From contig JBHHVU010000069.1 of assembly GCA_046754465.1 (NCBI GenBank), forward strand, positions 1 to 15,266: 15,266 nt of DNA, in the 5' to 3' direction. Of this stretch, positions 8,779 to 15,266 are shown in pieces. The position numbers were made by a program, and so were the translations under genes. This stretch comes from Nitrospinaceae bacterium. GTDB lineage: Bacteria > Nitrospinota > Nitrospinia > Nitrospinales > VA-1. Within the stretch, counting starts at the first letter, position 1, and each line of letters begins with the position of its first letter. The notes beneath the pieces are model-generated. The model was not told the origin of the DNA and did no database searches. It saw only the letters and a list, made by a program, of their open reading frames with translations.

Positions 8779-9915
8779 ATGAACCCAAATACGGAACCCG
8801 TTTCCCTTCCGGAAAAAGACTATCTGGCAATTCTGGATTTGATCACCCGAATGCACGATTGCCGCACCCGGCGAGAGGTCCGGGCTGGCGTCCAAGACCA
8901 CTTGCTTCCCTTGCTGGACGCCCAGTCCGCCACCTGGGGTTGGCAGAATATGGATTTTAACCTGGGGAAAATTGTCAACAGCCGGGTTGAGGATTCAGTC
9001 GGTTTGACTTCCAGTCAGGTGGTGGAATTGGAGAAGGCGAATCCCTATTTTTATTCCAGGTTAAAAAAAATCACGGACACTTCCCGGCCGGTCATCGCAC
9101 ATGATTTGGATGTTTCCAGACAGATCTTTCAAAAAGAAATTGGCGATTTTTTCACAGACCATCCTGAATATGAGACCGATGAATCCTCCGCGCTGCATCA
9201 GATAAAAACCGGTATTGCCATCAGCGACCGTCCCGATTTAAACCTCCTTTTCGCGATTCACCGCAACATTCACCAGGATAAACCCTGGAGCCGGCGGGAT
9301 GTTCGTGTGCTGGAACTGCTGCAGCCTCATTTGATACAGGTGATCAAGACGATCGCTCTGAGTGAGGAGTTGAAGAAATACCGAGCGTTCGTGGAAGCGT
9401 TGGCGGAGGTGCACACGGCGATTGCCCTGGTCAGCCTGGACCACCGGATTATTTTCCGGAACGAGGCCTTTTCCCAATTGCTGCCCCTGCAGCCCGGCCA
9501 GAGACTGCCCCGGGAGGTGCGGGAGCCGCTGGAGCGGGCGACCCCCCCCCACGGTCCCCATTTTCAGGCCGAGTCCTTTGCTCCGAGAATCCCTTTCGTC
9601 CAGCTTCCCCGCGGGGTGTTCCGGTTGGGGGTGACTTTGTTGAACCGGGACGAGGCGGTGGAGAGCCGGTGCCGGCTTTTGCACCTGAAACCGGCCGTGG
9701 AACCGTTTTCCAAAATGAACCTGTTGATGCAGAAACACCGCTTTTCGGCCAGGGAAATGGAGGTCGCTTCATTGGTCTGCGACGGGATCGACGACCAGCA
9801 GATTTCCGGCCGGTTATTCATCAGCCCCAACACGGTCAAGAATCACGTCAAAAGCATCCACAAGAAACTCAACGTGCACACCCGGGCGCATCTGGTCGCC
9901 CTTTTGAATCAATAA
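8779..9915 (+). CDS. One-component transcriptional regulator: GAF-like/PAS-like N-terminus + LuxR-type C-terminal HTH
   Basis: C-terminal FSAREMEVASLVCDG..DQQISGRLFISPNTVKNHVKSIHKKLNVHTRAHL; WSRRDVRVLELLQPHL resembles a GAF end; IIFRNEAF is PAS-like. No receiver domain seen. Start could be TTG 8761. Confidence 0.88.
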   Translation: MNPNTEPVSLPEKDYLAILDLITRMHDCRTRREVRAGVQDHLLPLLDAQSATWGWQNMDFNLGKIVNSRVEDSVGLTSSQVVELEKANPYFYSRLKKITDTSRPVIAHDLDVSRQIFQKEIGDFFTDHPEYETDESSALHQIKTGIAISDRPDLNLLFAIHRNIHQDKPWSRRDVRVLELLQPHLIQVIKTIALSEELKKYRAFVEALAEVHTAIALVSLDHRIIFRNEAFSQLLPLQPGQRLPREVREPLERATPPHGPHFQAESFAPRIPFVQLPRGVFRLGVTLLNRDEAVESRCRLLHLKPAVEPFSKMNLLMQKHRFSAREMEVASLVCDGIDDQQISGRLFISPNTVKNHVKSIHKKLNVHTRAHLVALLNQ

Positions 9916-10064
9916 CCGCATCCCTTTCCCGCAATTTTGACGCGCCTGGATAGGGATTTCCTCCCGCACCTTGACTTGGCCTAAACGGGATATTATCCAA
10001 TAAACATGAAAGGATCTTCCCCTTGGGGAATCCAGATAGTTTGCTGTCCTGAAGAGGTGATGTC

Positions 10065-10670
10065 ATGAATAAATCAGGGACGAAAACCCATCGAGTTCTC
10101 CTGGCCCTGGTGGCACTTCTTTCTATCGCCGTGGGCGTCCAGGCCTATTTTCTCCTGCAGAACGCGAGCGCGAAAAAATCCGCCCCGGCTTTAAATTTCT
10201 TCCCGGAAAAACAGGAATCCAGAAAAACATCCGAATTTCATTTCATTCAGCCCCCGGACACCCTTTTCCATGAAATGGAGGAAATGCAGAAACGCCTGGA
10301 CCAGGAGTTGGGTGAGCCCTTTGGAGCTTTGGGTATAAGTCCCGGTAGGATGGATTTTTTCCTCCATCCCGGCTCGCAAGGGAGCGCGCGGTTTACCGAG
10401 AAAGACGGCCGTTATATCCTGAACATGGAATTACCCGGCGCGGAACAACCCACCATCAAGGTCACGGTAAAAAACGGAATGTTGACGGTGTCAGCCCATC
10501 TGGAAGAAGTGTCCGAAAAGGAAGGAAACAAGGTTTTTCACAAAGAGAGGCGAGTTCAAAATTTCGAGCAATCCCTCACCCTGCCGGGTCCGGTGAAAGA
10601 GAATGAAATTCAAACCCGGTTTGAAACAGGCCGCCTCACCGTCATCCTTCCCAAAAAGACGGCGTCTTAA
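10065..10670 (+). CDS. Hsp20/alpha-crystallin family protein with N-terminal hydrophobic segment
   Basis: YILNMELPG...IKVTVKNGMLTVSA...ERRVQNFEQSLTLPGPV...TRFETGRLTVILPK; N-terminal VLLALVALLSIAVGVQAYFLL; SD GAGGTG. Confidence 0.9.
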   Translation: MNKSGTKTHRVLLALVALLSIAVGVQAYFLLQNASAKKSAPALNFFPEKQESRKTSEFHFIQPPDTLFHEMEEMQKRLDQELGEPFGALGISPGRMDFFLHPGSQGSARFTEKDGRYILNMELPGAEQPTIKVTVKNGMLTVSAHLEEVSEKEGNKVFHKERRVQNFEQSLTLPGPVKENEIQTRFETGRLTVILPKKTAS

Positions 10671-10691
10671 CCTCCTTTCGGAGACCTTTGC

Positions 10692-10709
10692 AAAAGCGCC
10701 GTGAGGCGC
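10692..10709 (-). terminator. Candidate intrinsic terminator between convergent genes
   Basis: GCGCC-tcac-GGCGC hairpin followed by TTTT on the - strand, downstream of the 11141-10803 gene. Confidence 0.4.
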
Positions 10710-10802
10710 AGGGACAGGGCCTTATCTCCCATCAACCCGGATTCGCCAGATAACAAAAGCCAAAACCATTCGAGGAGTAAATCCACGTCCAATCGGGCGG
10801 CT

Positions 10803-11141
10803 TCAGAAATGCGATTTGCATTCTTTTTCAATATCCCTGCTTCCGATCAAATCGCATTTTCCCTGATCCGAGTCGATCACGGCCTGACAAAGGTTTTGAA
10901 GGTCGCGGCTCCTGATTAATGTACAGTAATAGGAGCTGTGGTCCTTTTTGCGATAGCGATTGACATCCTTTTCCCCATGCAGGTTTGTTTTGGACGTCGC
11001 GAGACAAAGGTTCCTCCTGTCGCCGTTTTTGATCGAGTCGCAGTCTGAACCTTGCTGGAGTTGATCCTTGGCCTGGACCGGGTTCAGAAAAAGAAAGCTA
11101 AAGAACAATACCCCCAACCAAACCCCGAATGAATGCTTCAT
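10803..11141 (-). CDS. Small secreted Cys-repeat protein (3 x C-x2-I-x3-D-x4-C)
   Basis: Signal peptide MKHSFGVWLGVLFFSFLFLNPVQA; SD AGGAG; six regularly spaced Cys. Confidence 0.85.
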   Translation of the reverse strand: MKHSFGVWLGVLFFSFLFLNPVQAKDQLQQGSDCDSIKNGDRRNLCLATSKTNLHGEKDVNRYRKKDHSSYYCTLIRSRDLQNLCQAVIDSDQGKCDLIGSRDIEKECKSHF

Positions 11142-11252
11142 TTCAGACTCCTTTCCTCAAACACAATATATTTTACTGGATTGTAGGCTTCGCAAAGAAT
11201 AAACCATTTCCCGAAAAATTCCAACGTCAATTAATAAACATCCAAGATTCAA

Positions 11253-11263
11253 TGTGTTATAAT
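11253..11263 (+). promoter_or_regulatory. Extended -10 promoter upstream of the TPR cluster
   Basis: TGTG-T-TATAAT, a perfect extended -10 element. Confidence 0.6.
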
Positions 11264-11350
11264 TTTATCGGGGAAATTAGCACCCCACTTTTCCGCACGG
11301 GTTGCAAAAATCCGGCACCCGGCCAAACTGGGATGAAAATGGAGGAAACC

Positions 11351-11422
11351 ATGAAATTTTTTCATTCTTTTCCACCCAATGTTCCCAAAATGATAAATTA
11401 TAGGTTCGAACCGAGAGGTTAA
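11351..11422 (+). CDS. Possible 23-aa small ORF (MKFFHSFPPNVPKMINYRFEPRG)
   Basis: GGAGG at 11341-11345, 5 nt before the ATG; stops 20 nt before the TPR gene at 11443. Confidence 0.3.
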   Translation: MKFFHSFPPNVPKMINYRFEPRG

Positions 11423-11442
11423 TTTTACCGATTGAATCCACC

Positions 11443-11937
11443 ATGAAAATTCTTCGTTCGTTGTCCATTTTCTTTGTTACGAGTATCATTTTCGCGTCTG
11501 CCCTCGGGGCGTCCGATGCCTCTCATCTTCAATCCGGGAACACCCCGGAGATGCGGGAACTTGAAGACCAGATCAAGGAATTGAGCGAAGAATGGCAAAG
11601 CAAATTCGTGGAGGTGATCCGGAGGATGCTGGACAAGGAACTCCAGCGGCTGAAAAAAGAAAAAAAGTTGCCCCGGGAAAGCCTCGACCAGCACATCGCC
11701 AAGTTTCGCGCCGCCCTTAAAAACGGTTCGGGGGATGCGAGGACCCACTTTTCCCTGGGAGGGTTGTATGACCAGAAGGGAGACGGCGCCAATGCCATCA
11801 TTCACACCCGTAAGGCGGAAAAATTGTTTATCGAGAAAGAAGACATTAAAGGCGTAGCTGAGGCGCGGAGGCGCCTGAGAATTTATTACGAAAAATATGG
11901 TTACCGTCCGGAAGATTTCGACCTGCTCGGAAAATAA
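11443..11937 (+). CDS. Exported TPR-like protein, paralog 1 (coiled coil + conserved YGYRPEDF tail)
   Basis: Signal peptide MKILRSLSIFFVTSIIFASALGA; THFSLGGLY TPR helix; shared C-terminus. Confidence 0.85.
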   Translation: MKILRSLSIFFVTSIIFASALGASDASHLQSGNTPEMRELEDQIKELSEEWQSKFVEVIRRMLDKELQRLKKEKKLPRESLDQHIAKFRAALKNGSGDARTHFSLGGLYDQKGDGANAIIHTRKAEKLFIEKEDIKGVAEARRRLRIYYEKYGYRPEDFDLLGK

Positions 11938-12018
11938 CGTCTGGCCAGGCGGTCCCGTAACTGGCACCTCAATGCCGGCTGGTGGTTGTTGCCGGAAAAA
12001 AAGAAACCGTCAACGAAA

Positions 12019-12561
12019 ATGAATAATATCCTACCCCCGTTAATTTTCTCATTCCTGTTTTTTTCCTGCGGGTGGGTTTCTTTCGCGAGGGCTCAGATTC
12101 AAGAGGAGCCGGTCATTGAAGAGAATTTTCCGGGTGAGGCGGAGGTCCTGGATCCCCTTCATGGTGACTCGCAGGAACCCATCCCCCACACCGGCCGGCG
12201 GGAAAACGGGGGAGCCTCTTCGGAACTGGAACCCCGGGACCCGGAATCTCATTTCAATCTCGCCCTGAATTTGTGGAAAAAGAAGGATTTCGATGGAGCC
12301 ATCCGGCATTTACGGGACACCCTGACCCTTCAGCCCGAAAACGAAGCGGCACACTGGAACCTGGCTCTACTTTTCGACATCAGGCACGAAGCGGAAGAAG
12401 CCATTATTCACATGAAGAAGGCGGAACAACTTTTTATAAAAAAGGAGGATGTGAAAGGGGTGGCCAATGCCAGAAAAAAATTGCGTCAATATTATCAAAA
12501 ATACGGTTACCAACCGGCCGACTTTAAATTGGGGGGCGGGTTCTGGGATTTCCTCAAATAA
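12019..12561 (+). CDS. Exported TPR protein, paralog 2
   Basis: MNNILPPLIFSFLFFSCGWVSFARA signal; EPRDPESHFNLAL and LQPENEAAHWNLAL TPRs; tail YGYQPADF. ATG 12019 chosen over TTG 11986. Confidence 0.85.
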   Translation: MNNILPPLIFSFLFFSCGWVSFARAQIQEEPVIEENFPGEAEVLDPLHGDSQEPIPHTGRRENGGASSELEPRDPESHFNLALNLWKKKDFDGAIRHLRDTLTLQPENEAAHWNLALLFDIRHEAEEAIIHMKKAEQLFIKKEDVKGVANARKKLRQYYQKYGYQPADFKLGGGFWDFLK

Positions 12562-13144
12562 TCCAAGAACCTCCGCCGGGAGGAAAAAATCAAACGCGAA
12601 GGGATTTTTGTTCGCCTTGTTGGTATTGGCATGGGGGCTGGCCGGGTGGCTGCCTGGGGCGTGGGCTGAAGAGGAATCCGCCCTGGAAGAAAAGGCCCGT
12701 ATCCTGAACCGGCAAATCGCGTTTTACCAGGAACAGTTAAAGATCAAACCTGAAAACCCGGAACTGCATTTCAGCCTGGGAACCAAATATTATGAGTTGG
12801 GGCGTTATTTTGAAAGCAGGGCCAACCGCGTGTTTTTTACAGGGGCGAACCAGAAAGATCTCCGGGAAGCTAACCAGCTCTATGACCACTCGATCGATCA
12901 ATTGCGGGAGTCATTAAAACTCCAGCCCAGAAATGCCGGAGCCCACTTTAATTTGAGCTTGAATTATTTCGTCAAGGGAGACGGGGAAAACGCTATCGTC
13001 CACATGCGGGAGGCGGAACAATTGTTTTTTAAACTGGATGATAAACGGGGAGTGGCCAAGGCGCGAAAAGCATTGAGAGAATGGTTTGACCGCTATGGAT
13101 ACCGTCCCGAGGATTTCGGCCGCCCCGCGAAAGAAGGGGAATAA
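12467..13144 (+). CDS. Exported TPR protein, paralog 3 (start uncertain: ATG 12467 or TTG 12608)
   Basis: Hydrophobic FLFALLVLAWGLAGWLPGAWA; KPENPELHFSLG and LQPRNAGAHFNL TPRs; tail YGYRPEDF. Confidence 0.8.
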   Translation: MPEKNCVNIIKNTVTNRPTLNWGAGSGISSNNPRTSAGRKKSNAKGFLFALLVLAWGLAGWLPGAWAEEESALEEKARILNRQIAFYQEQLKIKPENPELHFSLGTKYYELGRYFESRANRVFFTGANQKDLREANQLYDHSIDQLRESLKLQPRNAGAHFNLSLNYFVKGDGENAIVHMREAEQLFFKLDDKRGVAKARKALREWFDRYGYRPEDFGRPAKEGE

Positions 13145-13156
13145 GCCCCATTACAT

Positions 13157-13210
13157 GAGGGGAAGATAGGTCCTAGCAGCATCGCCTGTCGATCTGGGTC
13201 CGCTTTATAA
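13157..13210 (-). repeat. Degenerate inverted copy of the 99-bp repeat unit
   Basis: 13165-13210 matches the reverse complement of 3956-4001 at 35/46 positions without gaps (manual alignment), preceded by the shared GAGGGG. Confidence 0.8.
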
Positions 13211-13226
13211 GGAGAAATCGTTTGTT

Positions 13227-13577
13227 ATGCCGCTAGGGCTCGCATTGACCGGATTGTCCAACAGAAAAAATGGGGAGAAGATTTGGACCTTGCCTAATAT
13301 AACCTGGTGGAACGAGGTGGAACTCATCCGCGACCGCCGTTTTAAAAAAATCAACCTGGATGAAGACACCTGGGTATACCGGGCGATTTTGACCGTCGAG
13401 GAAGCCTTGGAACTGAGCGAAAAATACAAAAAGAATTTTTTGTCCGTGTTTGAAGGGGAACCTCTGACGGAAGAATTCCAGCAAGGCAGGAAGACAAAGG
13501 TGCGGGAATTGGAACAAAAACTCAACGACCCAAAAACCCGCTTTGTCAGCGCGTGGATTTTTGAATGGGACTATTAG
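13227..13577 (+). CDS. Hypothetical protein (116 aa)
   Basis: AAGGAG at 13209-13214; globular-looking composition; co-oriented with neighbours; no family recognised. Confidence 0.7.
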   Translation: MPLGLALTGLSNRKNGEKIWTLPNITWWNEVELIRDRRFKKINLDEDTWVYRAILTVEEALELSEKYKKNFLSVFEGEPLTEEFQQGRKTKVRELEQKLNDPKTRFVSAWIFEWDY

Positions 13578-13828
13578 GAAGGCGCAACAACCCCTCCACT
13601 CCCGCTCCGAGGTTCCCGCCGCTTTCCAGCCTTCTCACCTCAGACTTACCACCTGTTTTGCGAGACCTGATCCCCGGACAACCGGACCCAAACCACGGGC
13701 CACCCGGTTTCCAAGCCTTGATGTTAAGAAAAACCCGTAATAAACGGACCGCTTGAAAAACTTCAGCTAAGATGAATCCGGTTCCCCCTCATCGACCGAC
13801 TTGAATCCTGTAACGATGAATCGAGAAT

Positions 13829-14029
13829 TTATTTAGGAACCACTTTGGTGGCCTGAGGACCCTTCTGGCCCATGCTTTTCTCAAATTCGACGCTCTGGCC
13901 TTCCCTGAGAGTCTTAAAACCCTCCCCCTGAATTTCGGAATAATGCACGAAGCAATCCTCACCATCATCCGATTCAATAAAACCATACCCCTTGCTCTCA
14001 TTAAACCATTTTACTTTTCCACTGGCCAT
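13829..14029 (-). CDS. csp: Cold-shock protein (CspA family, 66 aa)
   Basis: [18 protein letters not shown]...[23 protein letters not shown]...KGPQA (RNP1/RNP2). True start is ATG 14029 with SD AGGAGAGG, not 14161. Confidence 0.97.
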   Translation of the reverse strand: MASGKVKWFNESKGYGFIESDDGEDCFVHYSEIQGEGFKTLREGQSVEFEKSMGQKGPQATKVVPK

Positions 14030-14384
14030 GACCGATCCTCTCCTAAATAATGATGATTTTGGGGAATCATAGTAACATGATTTGCAAAATCTCTTACGAA
14101 TAAATGTTCGGAGAAAGGAAATATTTTTTCTTTCGGCTATCCCCGTGGAACGGTTTTTCATTCAAAAAACTATTACACGGACCATGAACGGGTTTTACGA
14201 ATTAAGGATCAATCGCCGAAATCACTTGAAATCATAAATTTCAGCCGGTTCGGGCAAACCCGCGGGCACGGCACTTCCCGGGGCGGAGGGAAGGGGAGGA
14301 CGACCTCTCATCACCAGGGCCTTGAAAACTTTCTGATTAATTTACTCCTTCCGGGAGATGGAAAAACGGCGTCGGAACCAAACG

Positions 14385-14413
14385 TTGCGAAATGAGATAA
14401 AAAGGAGTATATC
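14385..14413 (+). promoter_or_regulatory. Possible sigma70 promoter for TPR paralog 4
   Basis: TTGCGA-17 nt-TATATC. Confidence 0.35.
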
Positions 14414-14449
14414 TTGACTTTGAATAGAAAAAAAGGATGCAGGGGAACC

Positions 14450-15199
14450 ATGAAAAAAGTTTTTCAAGCCATTTTTTTCATCGCGGTTTTTCTTCATTGG
14501 GGGAATTCCATTTCCACGGCACAGCAAGAGAAATCCGTGGAGGATAATGTCAATGACATGTTGCAGCTCCTGGATGAATTGCAAAGCAGTGAGGAGTGGG
14601 AAAGAAAATTTTCCCAACCGGGTGCACCCGCTTCCACACCCGGCGCAGCGCCCCCCCAATTGTTGAATGACGAAATTCCGCCCGGCAAGGATGCTGGAAA
14701 TCAAAAGGAGACCGTGTCCGGCACGGCAGGCGGGAACGGCGCGCCGAAAGAATCCGCTCCCGGCGCCATCGGGGATTCTTCCGGGGAGAAGAAGATGGTT
14801 TCCGAGGCCGTAAAAGAGGCCGGGGATCGACCGGAAAATACCGTTTCCAAAAAGAAAATCGAGGCGGGCAGTGAGGTCGTGCGGTTTCTCCCCAACGACC
14901 CGGAAGACCACTTTAAATTAGGCTTGGGATATTGGAGACAGAAGGAGTTGAGTTCCGCCATCAGCGAATTCCAGCAAGTGGTCCAATTGGACCCGGAAAA
15001 CGCGCACGCGTTTTGGAATCTCGGCCTGCTTTACAATGAAATCGGCGAAGGCGAAGACGCCATCATTAACATGAGAAAGTCGGAAGAACTTTATACCAAA
15101 TATGATTATCCGGAGTACGCCCTGGAATCCCGGAAACGTCTCGATAAATTCTATAAAAAATATAAATTCCTGCCGGAAGATTTTGATCTGCCGCAATGA
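14450..15199 (+). CDS. Exported TPR protein, paralog 4 (long low-complexity linker)
   Basis: MKKVFQAIFFIAVFLHWGNSISTA signal after SD AGGGG; P/G/A-rich linker; PNDPEDHFKLG and LDPENAHAFWNLG TPRs; tail YKFLPEDF. Confidence 0.88.
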   Translation: MKKVFQAIFFIAVFLHWGNSISTAQQEKSVEDNVNDMLQLLDELQSSEEWERKFSQPGAPASTPGAAPPQLLNDEIPPGKDAGNQKETVSGTAGGNGAPKESAPGAIGDSSGEKKMVSEAVKEAGDRPENTVSKKKIEAGSEVVRFLPNDPEDHFKLGLGYWRQKELSSAISEFQQVVQLDPENAHAFWNLGLLYNEIGEGEDAIINMRKSEELYTKYDYPEYALESRKRLDKFYKKYKFLPEDFDLPQ

Positions 15200-15240
15200 C
15201 CCCGGGAATTCCTTTCCCGATTGATCTCTCCTCAACTGCC

Positions 15241-15266
15241 CGCCCCGCGGGAAGGGGATGGGTCAA
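15241..15266 (-). repeat. Probable start of another inverted copy of the repeat, cut by the window edge
   Basis: ggggatgggtca (15254-15265) is an exact 12-nt match to the reverse complement of the unit (tgacccatcccc). Confidence 0.5.

Noticed and set aside
9970..10000. sigma70 or sigma32 promoter for hsp20 (TTGACT...TATTAT)
   Set aside because: The spacer is only 14 nt and there is no CCCCAT -10 element.
11277..11303. CIRCE-like TTAGCACCC
   Set aside because: Only one imperfect arm; no GAGTGCTAA after 9 nt; not upstream of hsp20.
14030..14161. 44-aa N-terminal extension of Csp in the ORF track
   Set aside because: A strong SD sits just before ATG 14029, which gives the canonical 66-aa length; the upstream part is probably 5' UTR.
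14244..14325. Possible further repeat copy (ggagggaagggg...catcacc..ggccttg) or c-di-GMP-I riboswitch (GGGCAAACC)
   Set aside because: Similarity to the repeat needs many gaps in G-rich sequence; the riboswitch GAAA loop and GACGCAAAGC segments are absent.

Overview
A GC-rich bacterial chromosomal window (no rRNA, tRNA, CRISPR or transposase seen) of signalling and envelope/accessory genes. On the - strand are two tandem soluble PAS chemoreceptors: a triple Aer2-type PAS receptor, and a BdlA-like PAS-PAS-HAMP receptor that runs off the window and is missing from the ORF track. A consensus sigma54 promoter lies upstream of the pair. Next come a non-coding 99-bp tandem repeat with degenerate inverted copies elsewhere in the window, a thioredoxin-NHL (NHLRC2/SOQ1-like) protein, an ankyrin lipoprotein, an HtrA protease, a LuxR-HTH one-component regulator, an Hsp20 with an N-terminal hydrophobic anchor, a small secreted CX11C-repeat protein and a cold-shock protein. 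Four exported TPR-like paralogs share a distinctive C-terminal 'Y-G-Y-x-P-E-D-F' tail. The best candidates for undescribed biology are the TPR-tail paralog family and the dispersed non-coding repeat, two copies of which sit just downstream of TPR paralogs. All calls come from manual reading; no database searches were run.
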